A stretch of DNA of 64,000 nucleotides, from contig DAONDY010000002.1 of assembly GCA_035402805.1 (NCBI GenBank), positions 229,111 through 293,110 of the forward strand. The letters run 5' to 3'. A program made the position numbers and the translations under genes. The notes below the pieces were generated by a model that ran no database searches, was not told where the DNA came from, and saw nothing but the letters and a program-made list of their open reading frames with translations. This document shows positions 37,298 to 50,033 of the stretch, piece by piece. The stretch's first letter is position 1. Every line of letters begins with the position of its first letter. Source of the DNA: Candidatus Woesebacteria bacterium. GTDB taxonomy: Bacteria; Patescibacteriota; Microgenomatia; UBA12405.

Positions 37298-39943
37298 TTA
37301 TTTCGTTTTATTTTCAGCTTCTGATTCAGGATCATTCTTGTCAAGAATAGTCATGGCGTTCAATTTATCATCAGTTGATTTAAAACGCATAAGGATAACA
37401 CCTTTAGTATTGCGGCTAAGAGTAGGGATATTTTTTAAAGGTAGTTTAATGGTTATGGCTTTTTTGGAAACTAAGACAACTTGGTCGTTAATTTCAGAAA
37501 CGACTTGGGCGGCGGCAATTTTACCGGTTTTAGTACTTAGGTTAGCCACCTTAATGCCAATACCACCTCGTTTTTGTGACGGATAGAGATAAACATCAGT
37601 TCGCTTTCCGACACCATTTTCTGTGACCACTAGGAGATGTCTAAAGGTTCCTTTTTCCTTTTTATCAAGACCAGTGGGAACAACATCCATACCGACTAAA
37701 GTGTCGTTTTCTTTTAAGAGAATTCCACGGACACCTCGGGTTTGTCGGCCCATAGGTCGGCAATCTTTTTCATCGAAGCGAATGCATTTACCATTGGCAG
37801 TAACTAAAAATATATGATTATTACCTTCGGTTAACTTAGCCCAAATAAGCTGATCGTTAAGATCTAGTTTTATTGAAGCTAACCCGGTTTGGCGAATATT
37901 TTTGAATTTATCAATTGAAGTCTTTTTAACGACTCCGTTTTTAGTAGCAAGTAAAATAAATTTAGCTTTAGTGTTTTTACCAATAGGTAAAACTGTTTGA
38001 ACGGTTTCACCTTGAACAATATTAATTAAATTAATCACAGCTTGACCTTTACCTTGTCGTGATCCTTCTTGGATATCCCAAACTTTAGTTCTGAAAACAC
38101 GACCACGATTGGTAAAGAATAATAAATCGTCGTGAGTATCCACTGAAAGCATACATTCAATTTCATCCTCTTGCTTAGTGGTCATACCAACAACGCCGAC
38201 TCCTCCACGTTTTTGAGTGTGATAAGTTTCTTTGGCAACTCTTTTAATATAACCAGTTTTGGTTAAAGCAATTAAAACTTCTTCGTTGGGTATTAGGTCT
38301 TCTTCACTAAATTCTTCCAATCCACGGGCATAAATTTTGGTTTTTCGGACGTCACCATATTTTTCCATGATTTCTTTATTTTCTTGCTTAAGAACACTGA
38401 TCATAACTTCTGGTTTGGTAATAATGCTGGTTAAATAGGCAATAGTTTTTTCAATTTCATTATATTCTTCATCAAGTTTTTGTCTTTCAAGTCCAGAAAG
38501 CTTTTTAAGCTGCATTTCCAAAATGGCTTGAGCTTGGAGATCGGTGAATCCAAACTTTTCCATTAATTTAATTTTTGGATCTTCATCTGGTTTAGTGCCA
38601 CGAATAGTTTTAATGACTTCATCAATAACATCGAGAGCTTTTTTGAGACCTTCCAAAATGTGGGCTCGCATTAAATCGCCTTTTAGGTCAAAAATGGTTC
38701 GGCGACGAACAACATTTTCTCGGTGGCGCAAGAAAAGGAGTAACATTTGGCGGAGGTTTAAGGTTTGGGGAACATTATCAACTAATGCCAACATATTGGC
38801 AGAATATGATGATTGAAGAGAGGTATATTTGAAAAGCTTATTTAGAACAGATTTGGGTTTACCGATTTTTTTAATTTCAACAACAATGCGAATACCATGA
38901 CGGTCTGATTCATCACGAAGATCAGAAATGCCAATAATTTTTTTATCGTGAACTAAGTCAGCAATTTTTTTAACTAATTCAGCTTTGTTAACCTGATATG
39001 GAAGTTCAGTAATAATAATTCTTACCTTGCCGGATTTAGTTTCCTCGATGTTAGTTTTACCGCGGACAATAAATTTACCTCGGCCGGTGGTATACATTTC
39101 AGTAATTCCACTTTTTCCGTAAATTTCGGCAGCAGTTGGAAAATCTGGTCCTTGGACAAATTTTATTAGATCTTCAACGTTGGCTGTAGTCTCAAAATTA
39201 AAATGTTCTTTAGATAATTCGTAAGCTGGTCTTAAAACCATTTCTTGAGTGTTTTTAGGTGAAGCTAAGAGATTATTTAATTCACTTTCTGAATTAATTC
39301 TTTCTAGTCGGCTATGATCCAAAATAAAATCAATGGCTTGGCAAATTTCTTTTAGATTATGGGGAGGAATACGAGTGGCCATACCGACAGCAATACCGTC
39401 AGCACCATTTAAAAGCAATGTAGGAATTCTAGTTGGAAGAACGGATGGTTCTTTTTCGGTGGCATCGAAATTGTCGATCATATCAACGGTTTCTTTGTTT
39501 ATATCAGCAACAATTTCAGTGGTGATTTTATCCATTTTAACTTCGGTGTAACGCATAGCGGCCGGAGGGTCGCCATCGATAGAACCAAAATTTCCTTGAC
39601 CTTTGATTAAGGTATAACGCATAGAAAAATCTTGAGCTAAACGAACCAGAGCACCATAGACAGACATATCACCATGAGGATGATATTTACCTAAAACATC
39701 ACCAACAACTTTTGCCGATTTACAGGTTTTTCCACCGCTTCCTAAACCCATTTTATCCATGCCAAAAATTATACGGCGGTGAACTGGTTTAAGACCATCT
39801 CGAACATCAGGCAAAGCTCTGGCGACAATGACCGACATAGCGTAATCCAAATAGGATGTTTCCATTTCTGGAACTATGTCAACTTCTATAAGTTTGCCAA
39901 TATTATTTTTTTGAATATCAATGATTTTATTTTCGTCAGCCAT
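37298..39943 (-). CDS. gyrA: DNA gyrase subunit A
   Basis: N-terminal [27 protein letters not shown] and the active-site Tyr region. Lies downstream of gyrB. Confidence 0.95.
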   Translation of the reverse strand: MADENKIIDIQKNNIGKLIEVDIVPEMETSYLDYAMSVIVARALPDVRDGLKPVHRRIIFGMDKMGLGSGGKTCKSAKVVGDVLGKYHPHGDMSVYGALVRLAQDFSMRYTLIKGQGNFGSIDGDPPAAMRYTEVKMDKITTEIVADINKETVDMIDNFDATEKEPSVLPTRIPTLLLNGADGIAVGMATRIPPHNLKEICQAIDFILDHSRLERINSESELNNLLASPKNTQEMVLRPAYELSKEHFNFETTANVEDLIKFVQGPDFPTAAEIYGKSGITEMYTTGRGKFIVRGKTNIEETKSGKVRIIITELPYQVNKAELVKKIADLVHDKKIIGISDLRDESDRHGIRIVVEIKKIGKPKSVLNKLFKYTSLQSSYSANMLALVDNVPQTLNLRQMLLLFLRHRENVVRRRTIFDLKGDLMRAHILEGLKKALDVIDEVIKTIRGTKPDEDPKIKLMEKFGFTDLQAQAILEMQLKKLSGLERQKLDEEYNEIEKTIAYLTSIITKPEVMISVLKQENKEIMEKYGDVRKTKIYARGLEEFSEEDLIPNEEVLIALTKTGYIKRVAKETYHTQKRGGVGVVGMTTKQEDEIECMLSVDTHDDLLFFTNRGRVFRTKVWDIQEGSRQGKGQAVINLINIVQGETVQTVLPIGKNTKAKFILLATKNGVVKKTSIDKFKNIRQTGLASIKLDLNDQLIWAKLTEGNNHIFLVTANGKCIRFDEKDCRPMGRQTRGVRGILLKENDTLVGMDVVPTGLDKKEKGTFRHLLVVTENGVGKRTDVYLYPSQKRGGIGIKVANLSTKTGKIAAAQVVSEINDQVVLVSKKAITIKLPLKNIPTLSRNTKGVILMRFKSTDDKLNAMTILDKNDPESEAENKTK

Positions 39944-39951
39944 ATTTTAAA

Positions 39952-41898
<1,947 letters not shown>

Positions 41899-41984
41899 TC
41901 AATTCTAGCAGAGAAAAACAGCTTTACAATAAGCAAATAATACGTATCTTTAGGGTAAAATTACTATATATAAAATGCCTAAAA

Positions 41985-42527
41985 TTAGGCATTTTTTGAT
42001 GTTGATTTAGAAATAACATCAAAACTGATAATTGAAGTAGCAACTAAAACATTCATGGAAATATTTATCCCAAACATAGGGATTTCTACAACTTTATCAA
42101 CTAACTTTAAAACTTCTTTTGAGATTCCAAAAGATTCACTACCGGCAATTATGGCAACGGGAAATTTATATTTAGCTTTTAGATAATTAACACTATCCTT
42201 GGTTTGTTCACAAGCAACAATTTGATAGCCATTTTTTTTAAGTTGTTGAATGCAATCCTTAGTATTTTGGCATTGTTCCCAGGGAACCCATTTCCAGGTA
42301 CCAATTGAGGCTCGATGAATTTTAATGTTGGGAGGAGTGACAACTGGTCCACAAAGATAAATTTTTTTGACGGCCAAAGCATCGGCTAATCTAAAAAAGG
42401 AACCAATGTTATAAGTATCTAAAACATTGTCTAATACTAAAACAATTGGGTTACGTTTAATTTCTTTTTGTAATTTTTGTGATTCCCCTATTCTTGATTT
42501 GCGGATTTGGTGAGAATTTAATTTCAT
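41985..42527 (-). CDS. SpoU/TrmH-family RNA 2'-O-methyltransferase
   Basis: SPOUT motifs: NIGSFFRLADALAV, AIIAGSES, and IPMFGINISMNVLVATSI. Confidence 0.75.
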   Translation of the reverse strand: MKLNSHQIRKSRIGESQKLQKEIKRNPIVLVLDNVLDTYNIGSFFRLADALAVKKIYLCGPVVTPPNIKIHRASIGTWKWVPWEQCQNTKDCIQQLKKNGYQIVACEQTKDSVNYLKAKYKFPVAIIAGSESFGISKEVLKLVDKVVEIPMFGINISMNVLVATSIISFDVISKSTSKNA

Positions 42528-42601
42528 AGGTAGATTTTATGGCTAAATTATAACAAAAAACCCTCCAAAAAATTGGAGGGTTTTTAAATTATAAAGTTGT
42601 G

Positions 42602-43624
42602 TTAGCAACCACCATTAGCATCGGCTTGTTGACCAGATTCAGCAGCAGGATCGATTAAAACAGTTTTGCATTCTTTTGGAGCTTTATTAAAGGCACTGCA
42701 AAGAGCTTCTTTAATAACATCTGGAGTTCTAACTTGGCTTAAACTGAAAACTTTTTTACCAATTTTGAGATTTTGGTCAGTTGAGGCAGAATCAACTTCT
42801 GGAGGGAAAACCTGTTCGCCAATCATTAAAGAAGGTGAACCCTGAATTTTATTTTTAGTAGTATCAGCGATTTCCTTTTCGATTAAACTGGCGGCGTCAT
42901 TATTAAAACATTCAGTGATTTTATTAGTATCTAAACCAGCCTTCTTAGCTTGTTCTTCCCAACAAGTGTCGGCGTTGGTGGAGCTACAATTATTATTGAC
43001 ATTTTCAACAAAATTCCACCAAAGCTTTTTGTCTTCAACTAAATTATAAGCACATATTTCTCTAACATCTTGGTTGGCTTCAACTCGACCATGGAGGGAT
43101 GAATAAAGATTGTTGCCTATTTTTAGATATTTACTTTCATCATTACAATTTCTGACCATGGTGGCAATTTGATTTTGACAATCAGCTTTATCTTTGAGTT
43201 GACCACCGCTGTTTTTAACGTAGGTGTCACATTGAGCTGGGTCTGGATTATTATTTTTACAATAAGTAGCTAGGTTGCCTTCAATTTTGTCAAATATATA
43301 TCTAGGTCTGAGTTCTACTTTATTACCAAGAAGATCAAAAACTGGTCTAAGAATAGTTTCCATTTGGTTGCCATATGGACAAAAACTCATGACATAGAAA
43401 TCTAGTACAGGCTTATTACTTTTGGCGGCAGTAAAAACATTTTGGGAAGTCAATTTAGTATTTGAAGTGCTTCCATTCTTTTTAATTTTTATCCAAGCGG
43501 CACCAGCAAAAAATGAAGAGGTAGCAAGTAGTAATGAAAAAACAATGGTTCCAACCAAAGGAATTTTTACATAATTATTAGTGCTTTCTTTTAAGATCTT
43601 TTTAGTGATTATTTTTTTTGGCAT
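42602..43624 (-). CDS. DsbA-like thiol:disulfide oxidoreductase (membrane-anchored, thioredoxin fold)
   Basis: N-terminal TM, a CPYG active site, and a GSPSLMIGEQ cis-Pro loop region. Confidence 0.6.
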   Translation of the reverse strand: MPKKIITKKILKESTNNYVKIPLVGTIVFSLLLATSSFFAGAAWIKIKKNGSTSNTKLTSQNVFTAAKSNKPVLDFYVMSFCPYGNQMETILRPVFDLLGNKVELRPRYIFDKIEGNLATYCKNNNPDPAQCDTYVKNSGGQLKDKADCQNQIATMVRNCNDESKYLKIGNNLYSSLHGRVEANQDVREICAYNLVEDKKLWWNFVENVNNNCSSTNADTCWEEQAKKAGLDTNKITECFNNDAASLIEKEIADTTKNKIQGSPSLMIGEQVFPPEVDSASTDQNLKIGKKVFSLSQVRTPDVIKEALCSAFNKAPKECKTVLIDPAAESGQQADANGGC

Positions 43625-43639
43625 TATTTTTTTAAATTA

Positions 43640-43834
43640 TTAATTTTGTTCAACACTAATGGCCCCAACTGGACAAGCGTCAACGGCTGATTTGACAGCA
43701 TCATTGATTTCTTTCGGTTGTTTTTTTACCTTAGCTTTATAGATAGTAGTATCCATTTCGAAATGGTCTGGATCCATCATGGGACAAGTATTACAACCGA
43801 TGCATTTATTTTGATCAAGTATTATTTTAGACAT
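43640..43834 (-). CDS. 4Fe-4S ferredoxin (small)
   Basis: CIGCNTC and C-terminal CPVGAI cluster motifs. Confidence 0.7.
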   Translation of the reverse strand: MSKIILDQNKCIGCNTCPMMDPDHFEMDTTIYKAKVKKQPKEINDAVKSAVDACPVGAISVEQN

Positions 43835-43896
43835 GCTTTTATATTACTTGATTTAGTTTCTATGTCAATATCATTTACTTGATATAATAAGATTCT

Positions 43897-44886
43897 ATGG
43901 AAATTAAGTCTCAAATTAATAATTTAAAGAACCATCGGATTTTTTTGGAAGTAAAAAGACTAATTGGAGTTTTTTTACAAAAAGAAGGTTTTCAAGAAGT
44001 AGATACTCCCCTTCTTTCCCCTAAATTAATCCCAGAATCCTATTTAGAAATTTTTGAGACAGAGAATTTGTATTCTGATAAAAAGGAAAAACTCTATTTA
44101 ATTCCATCACCGGAATTGTTTTTAAAAAGATTAATAGTTGATGAAATTGGTGATTGTTATGCTTTGGTAAAATCTTTTAGAAATAATGAGCCGGTAGAAA
44201 AAAAACATTCATATGAATTTACAATGTTGGAATTTTATAGGTTGAAGGCTGATTATTTTGATATTGCCGAAGATGTCATGAATTTAATTCGATTTATATC
44301 CAAAAATTTATATGGCCAAGAAAAAATTAAATATCAGAACAAAACTATTGATCTAGAAAAATTTGAAAAAATAACAGTGGCTGAGGCTTTTAAAAAATAT
44401 GCAGGGATAACTGATATTTTTAATCATAAAGTATTTTTTGAGCAGGCAAAAGAAAAAGGTTATCGGGTGAAAAATATGGATTATGTTGATGTATGGTCAC
44501 AAATTTATGGAATAGAAATAGAAAAAAAATTAGGGAAAAATGGTTTAGTAACTTTTATCTATGAATACCCGCCTGAATTAGCAGCAATTACTAAAATAAA
44601 CGAAAGAAATATTGCTGAGAGATTTGAATTTTATATTGAAGGAATTGAATTGGGTAATTGTGGTAATGAAGGAGTAATTATCAAAGAATATCGAGAAAGG
44701 TTCTATAAAGACATTGATATTCGTAAAAAGTTAGGATTAATAGATTACAAATCTGATGATGATTTTATTAAAATTTTGGAAAAACTGCCAAAATGTAGCG
44801 GAATTGCGATCGGTGTAGACAGATTGGCGATGATTTTTGCTGGTGTAAAAAGCATTAATGAATTAAAGTTAATTTCGATTGAGTAA
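43897..44886 (+). CDS. epmA: EF-P lysine aminoacylase (EpmA/GenX/PoxA; truncated class II LysRS paralog)
   Basis: Class II aaRS core without the anticodon-binding domain (FRNNEP...EFTMLEFY; GIAIGVDRL). Adjacent to epmB. Confidence 0.7.
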   Translation: MEIKSQINNLKNHRIFLEVKRLIGVFLQKEGFQEVDTPLLSPKLIPESYLEIFETENLYSDKKEKLYLIPSPELFLKRLIVDEIGDCYALVKSFRNNEPVEKKHSYEFTMLEFYRLKADYFDIAEDVMNLIRFISKNLYGQEKIKYQNKTIDLEKFEKITVAEAFKKYAGITDIFNHKVFFEQAKEKGYRVKNMDYVDVWSQIYGIEIEKKLGKNGLVTFIYEYPPELAAITKINERNIAERFEFYIEGIELGNCGNEGVIIKEYRERFYKDIDIRKKLGLIDYKSDDDFIKILEKLPKCSGIAIGVDRLAMIFAGVKSINELKLISIE

Positions 44887-45700
44887 TATGAAAGATATTT
44901 TTTTTGAAGATAAAATTACGCCAGTAAAAGGTTTGATTAGAAGATACCAAAAAAGAGTTTTAATTGAGTTGACAATGAAGTGTCCGGTGGAGTGTGAGTT
45001 TTGCTTTAGAAAATGGAAAAAAGAAGAAAAAAGACAAACTTTAACTAAAGAAGAAGCAAATAAAATCGTTGAATATATTTCTAAACATAAAGAAATTACA
45101 GAAGTAATTTTTTCTGGCGGTGAGCCTTTAATGGTAGTTGATTTAATGGGTTTTTTAATTGAAAAATTAAAAAAATTAGATCAAATAAAAATTTTTAGAA
45201 TTCATACCCGAGCGGTGGTCACTTCTCCGGTATTGGTTTCAGAAAAACTTCTAAAAATTTTAAAACAAAAATATAAACAAATAATTTATCTTTCTATTCA
45301 TATTAATAGCGATAAAGAATTAAATTCAGAAGTAGAGTCAGCTATTAGAAAGATAAGAGAAACAGGCGTAATTTTATACTCCCAATCGGTTTTTTTAAAA
45401 GGAATTAATGATTCTGTGGAAGTTTTAAAAAAACTTTTTTCCAGATTAGTGGAGATAGGAGTAAGACCGTACAATATTTATCAATGTAATAAAATTGAAG
45501 GTATAGAGAAATTTATTGTACCTTTTGAAAAAGAAGTAAAAATAATGACGGAATTAAGAAAAACACTTTCCGGATTAGCTTGCCCAACTTTGATTTTTGA
45601 TGTTCCAGTTAATGCCAATAAAATTCCGGTACCGTTAAATTTTTGGGAAAGTAAAAAGACAATAATAGATTTTAATGGAAAGAGGTTTTCGATCGATTAA
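44879..45700 (+). CDS. epmB: EF-P beta-lysylation radical SAM protein (EpmB/KamA-like lysine 2,3-aminomutase family)
   Basis: CPVECEFCFRK (CxxxCxxC). Confidence 0.65.
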   Translation: MSNMKDIFFEDKITPVKGLIRRYQKRVLIELTMKCPVECEFCFRKWKKEEKRQTLTKEEANKIVEYISKHKEITEVIFSGGEPLMVVDLMGFLIEKLKKLDQIKIFRIHTRAVVTSPVLVSEKLLKILKQKYKQIIYLSIHINSDKELNSEVESAIRKIRETGVILYSQSVFLKGINDSVEVLKKLFSRLVEIGVRPYNIYQCNKIEGIEKFIVPFEKEVKIMTELRKTLSGLACPTLIFDVPVNANKIPVPLNFWESKKTIIDFNGKRFSID

Positions 45701-46193
45701 TAATGTCCTGATTTTTAATCAGAAATTCACCGGCTTTGATTATAGCTTTTAATAATAGGTCAATTCTATCCTCTGCTTCGTTTCGGGATAAGTTTTGAGA
45801 GGTTCCAGGAAAATAATGAAAAATTTCATTGCGCCCAAATTTCCAAGCATTCCAAAGGTTTTCGGCTAATTCTTCACCGTTTTCATGAATGTCGGATAGT
45901 TTTTGAAAAACAGAAAATCTTTTATAACGGAGCGATGGGTTTAAAGTTTTGCCGACACGAAAGCGATCACTTTCATAATCATTATCAGAGATTATTCCTA
46001 TTTTAAGGAAAAAATCTTTTAAAAATCCTTCGTAGGCTTTAGAAATTGGAGCCACAAAAAAAGCATAATCGTAAATATGATCATCAGTGTTTATTTTTTG
46101 AATAATGGTTTGAACATCATTTAATAAATTTTGCTGGTGTGGCGTTAAAAACTTTTTAGCATCGTCAAAAAGTTGGGGTGATGACATGATCAT
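45672..46193 (-). CDS. Hypothetical protein with a possible HEPN-like Rx4H motif
   Basis: GRNEIFHY near the C-terminus. Confidence 0.25.
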   Translation of the reverse strand: MIMSSPQLFDDAKKFLTPHQQNLLNDVQTIIQKINTDDHIYDYAFFVAPISKAYEGFLKDFFLKIGIISDNDYESDRFRVGKTLNPSLRYKRFSVFQKLSDIHENGEELAENLWNAWKFGRNEIFHYFPGTSQNLSRNEAEDRIDLLLKAIIKAGEFLIKNQDIINRSKTSFH

Positions 46194-46431
46194 GTTTTAG
46201 ATTTTACAAGAAGAAAAAGAAATATAAAGAAGAAAAGACTGAAAATTATTAGATATTTTTTTAAATATTTAAGAGGAATCTGTTTATCTTCCCTGGCGAA
46301 GAGCCAATTTTGAAGAAATTTGGGATTATTAAAATAATCTGTAATTTCATCAATTAATAGATGTAAATTTACAGCTAAAAGAAAGGAAAGAATGAGAGTA
46401 TTTGTATAAGAAATAAAGATAAAGAAAGAAA

Positions 46432-46752
46432 TTAAGTTAAGACTAATTTGAAAAAATAATGATGAAAAATTAAATTATCGTGACTGTGTCTAGCTACTCT
46501 GACTAATTTATAAATAGATTTAAAATCTTTATTCTCAATTGTAGTTTTAACTATTCGGCTTTCGTCAGTGTTAGGTTTTCGATAAAACCAATAGATAAAA
46601 TAATCAATGTCAAGGAAAAGAGTTCCTAAAAACAGGCCAATAAAAAGATGAAAAATTTCAAGATTGGAGACTCCAAATATAACCCAAAAAAGGGAAACTA
46701 TTGTAAAAACAATAAAAGTTGGCAATAAATGAAGGACTAATTCACGTTTCAC
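46432..46752 (-). CDS. Hypothetical small membrane protein
   Basis: Two or three hydrophobic helices. Confidence 0.3.
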   Translation of the reverse strand: MKRELVLHLLPTFIVFTIVSLFWVIFGVSNLEIFHLFIGLFLGTLFLDIDYFIYWFYRKPNTDESRIVKTTIENKDFKSIYKLVRVARHSHDNLIFHHYFFKLVLT

Positions 46753-46774
46753 TAATTAATAATAGCAGATTGAA

Positions 46775-47998
46775 TTATTCGTATCGGAGAGCTTCAATAG
46801 GAGAAAGTTTTGAAGCTTTACGGGCTGGAGCAACACCAAAAATTATACCAACGGCAGAAGAAACAGCAAAAGCTAATATAACGGAAGAAATAGTGATTTC
46901 AGCTGGAAAGAAACTATTAATAGCTAGAGCCCCAAGACTTCCCAAAATTACACCAACTAATCCGCCAAAACAAGAAAGAATGATGGCTTCTATTAAGAAT
47001 TGAATAAGAATAGCTCGAGGATAGGCGCCAATAGCTTTGCGAAGACCAATCTCTCTGGTTCTTTCTGTAACCGAAACTAACATAATATTCATGATACCGA
47101 CTCCACCGACAATTAAGGAAATAGCCGCAATACCGGTTAAAGCGATAGTTAAAACACTAATGATGGAATTAATAGAAGTTAAAAGCTGTGAACTATCAAA
47201 AACAGAAAAAGCGTCGGAATCGTATTTTTCTAACATAATTTTAGTGATGCTTTTTTTGGTGTCATTAATTAAATCTTTGTTGGGAGCCCTGACAACAAAA
47301 GTATTAATATTATCATTACCAGCCAAGTCAGAAACAACTGAAAAGGGAGCGTAAACAGCGTCGTCAACACTAGGTCCACCAAAAGAAGCTCCTTTTTGGT
47401 CAACTACACCAATTACCTTTAGGGTTTTACCTTTGATAATAACTTTTTTGCCAATAGCGGTTGATTTTGGAAATAGAGTTTGGGCGATTTTATAACCCAA
47501 AACAACAACCGGAGTTTTTTTATTATCTTCTTCGTTAGTAAACCAGCGGCCATTGCCTTCTGAAGGAACAACATTATTACTTTTTCCGTATTCTTCAGTT
47601 GAACCATCAATTTCTATGCTTTTTTTAATGGCATAAGTTGATTTAACGTCAGCATAAGTAGCATTGACGGGCATAACAACAGTATTTTTAAGTTTTCGAT
47701 CGAGAAGGTTGAGATCTTTTTTGGTAAAAGTAGTGGTCATAGCAGTGGCCATACTGCTTTGAGAAAAACCGCCATTGTCATTAAAAATTTTTCCTGGACT
47801 AATAAAAATTGAATTAGCACCGAGGGCATCAAATTGTTTGGTTACATAACTTTTTAAACCATTACCAATAGAGGTGAGTAAAATAACAGAGGTAACTCCG
47901 ATGATAATTCCCAATGAAGTCAATATAGTTCGGCTTTTATTTTTTAAAATAGATCTAAGACTTGATTTTAGTAAATCTCTAAATGATGGTTTAAGCAT
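46775..47998 (-). CDS. ABC transporter permease, MacB/FtsX family
   Basis: N-terminal TM, a large periplasmic domain, and a C-terminal FtsX 3-TM bundle. Confidence 0.8.
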   Translation of the reverse strand: MLKPSFRDLLKSSLRSILKNKSRTILTSLGIIIGVTSVILLTSIGNGLKSYVTKQFDALGANSIFISPGKIFNDNGGFSQSSMATAMTTTFTKKDLNLLDRKLKNTVVMPVNATYADVKSTYAIKKSIEIDGSTEEYGKSNNVVPSEGNGRWFTNEEDNKKTPVVVLGYKIAQTLFPKSTAIGKKVIIKGKTLKVIGVVDQKGASFGGPSVDDAVYAPFSVVSDLAGNDNINTFVVRAPNKDLINDTKKSITKIMLEKYDSDAFSVFDSSQLLTSINSIISVLTIALTGIAAISLIVGGVGIMNIMLVSVTERTREIGLRKAIGAYPRAILIQFLIEAIILSCFGGLVGVILGSLGALAINSFFPAEITISSVILAFAVSSAVGIIFGVAPARKASKLSPIEALRYE

Positions 47999-48713
47999 TT
48001 TTACTCTCCAAAATTTTGCCGTCTTTAATAATAATAGTTCGTTTAGCTTGTTTAGCTAAATCCATATCGTGGGTGACAAAAACAATAGTCCTCCCCTCTT
48101 TTTGGTTTAGCTGATGAAAAAAATTCATAATTTCACTACCGGATTTACTGTCTAAATTACCAGTTGGTTCATCGGCTAGGATTATTTGAGGGTTGTTAAT
48201 TAAGGCTCTGGCGATGGCAACTCGTTGTTGTTGTCCACCTGATAATTGAGCGGGGGTATTTTTAATTTTGTCTAAAAGTCCAACTTTAGTTAACATTTTA
48301 ATTCCCATTTCTTGGCGTTGATGTTTGGGAACATCGGAATAAAGTAGAGGTAGTAAAACATTCTCTAAGGCTGAGGTTTTGGCTAATAAGTTAAATTGTT
48401 GAAAAACAAATCCAAGAGTAACATTTCTAATTTGAGCTAATTGATGTTCTTTAAATTTAGAAATATCTTTTCCATTTAATAAAATTTCTCCAGACGTAGG
48501 GTTATCAAGAAGTCCGACAATGTGCATTAAAGTTGATTTTCCTGAACCTGATGGTCCAGTGATAGAAACAAATTCTCCTTGATGAATTTTAAGACTGACA
48601 TTATCCAGAGCAGTAAAACAATTAGTGCCAGTGAGATAGGTTTTGGTAATGTTTTTTAATTCTAAAATGACTTTAGAATTATTTTTGGATAACGATTTGA
48701 TCATCTTCATCAA
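47991..48713 (-). CDS. ABC transporter ATP-binding protein (MacB/LolD-like)
   Basis: GPSGSGKST Walker A, LSGGQQQRVAIARAL signature, and ILADEPTGNLD. Confidence 0.9.
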   Translation of the reverse strand: MMKMIKSLSKNNSKVILELKNITKTYLTGTNCFTALDNVSLKIHQGEFVSITGPSGSGKSTLMHIVGLLDNPTSGEILLNGKDISKFKEHQLAQIRNVTLGFVFQQFNLLAKTSALENVLLPLLYSDVPKHQRQEMGIKMLTKVGLLDKIKNTPAQLSGGQQQRVAIARALINNPQIILADEPTGNLDSKSGSEIMNFFHQLNQKEGRTIVFVTHDMDLAKQAKRTIIIKDGKILESKNA

Positions 48714-49710
48714 CTCCCTCTAAAATTTCAATTTCAGTGTCGGTTTCGATTCCAGTTTTAATTATTTTTTTAATCAAATTTTTGTTTTGATCAATAGTAT
48801 AAACATAACTTTCATTTATATCTTGGTAAATCGATTCAATTGGTAGAGTTAGAGCGTTCGATACTTGTCTTAGAATAATATCAACATCTCCATCAAGACC
48901 TAAACGATAGTTGGTTTCTTTATTCTCTGAAAGAAGCTTGAATCTAACTTCGTAAACAGTAGAAGTTTGTCCAGAAATTGGCACAAAGGAAATATAAGTA
49001 ATTTCAGAATCAAAAATTTGATCAGGAAAACTATCTATTTTTATTTGGGCTTTATCACCGACTTTAATTTTGACCACATCTTCCTGATCTACCTGTGATT
49101 TAAAATAAATACTTTGAGGGTCAATAATGAAAGCAATACTGTCGGCTGAGGTGATATTGATTCCAGAATTTGGCTGACCAACAGCGACGACGATTCCAGA
49201 AATGGGACTGGAAATATGAGAATATTTTATAGCTAAGTCACTTAACTCGTACTTAGCAACAGAATTATTGAGAGTGTTTTGATTACGTTCAAGAATGCGC
49301 CTAACTTCGGTAGTTAATATAGAGTCTTTATACTGGTCATTGGTGTCGTAAAAATTGGAAGCAGTAGTTTTGTAGTTATTAAAATCAATTTCTAATTGCT
49401 TTTGAAGTTGGTCCTTATTAAGACTGGCAATTGATTGATATTTTTTAACTTTGTCACCAATTTTGACTCCAACCCAAGCTAATTGACCACCGGTTTGAAA
49501 TCTAAGGTCGGCTTTAGTTGAGGCATCAATAGATCCAGCTAAAGTTATTTTTTCAGTTATATCTTTCTTTTGAGCCTTAACGATAGTTTCTTTTTTGGGA
49601 TTAAATTTTTGATCGCTGGGTTTGCTAAAAATTTTAGAAACAACAAATATAACAGCGATTATGATCGTGGCGATTAAAATTTTTTTGAAATGTTTTTTGA
49701 GAAATGACAT
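48679..49710 (-). CDS. Efflux periplasmic adaptor (HlyD/MacA family)
   Basis: N-terminal TM, coiled-coil, and beta-barrel segments. Confidence 0.7.
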   Translation of the reverse strand: MSFLKKHFKKILIATIIIAVIFVVSKIFSKPSDQKFNPKKETIVKAQKKDITEKITLAGSIDASTKADLRFQTGGQLAWVGVKIGDKVKKYQSIASLNKDQLQKQLEIDFNNYKTTASNFYDTNDQYKDSILTTEVRRILERNQNTLNNSVAKYELSDLAIKYSHISSPISGIVVAVGQPNSGINITSADSIAFIIDPQSIYFKSQVDQEDVVKIKVGDKAQIKIDSFPDQIFDSEITYISFVPISGQTSTVYEVRFKLLSENKETNYRLGLDGDVDIILRQVSNALTLPIESIYQDINESYVYTIDQNKNLIKKIIKTGIETDTEIEILEGVDEDDQIVIQK

Positions 49711-49739
49711 ATAGGTTGTTATTATACTCCAATTTTAGC

Positions 49740-50033
49740 TTATTTTTGCTCTTTTTTTAATTCTTTTAGCTTCCACATAAAAAGTTTATATGGGGTTCTG
49801 ATGGTGCCTGGGTTTTGATCTTTAACAAAATACCTAGCCTTTTCTAAAATATCTCTGGGAGTATTTTTGGCCAATCGAAGATAAAGAGAGCGATTTTTCC
49901 AATCATCAAGTTCTTTGGCCAAATCTAAACCATAGGATTGGAATTCATTTTTGACATATTTGCCTCTTTTTTCTAGGGTTTCTTTGAATTTAAATAATTG
50001 ATCACCAATAGAAGTGGCGGAATTTTTTATCAT
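49740..50033 (-). CDS. Hypothetical protein
   Basis: ORF only. Confidence 0.3.
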   Translation of the reverse strand: MIKNSATSIGDQLFKFKETLEKRGKYVKNEFQSYGLDLAKELDDWKNRSLYLRLAKNTPRDILEKARYFVKDQNPGTIRTPYKLFMWKLKELKKEQK

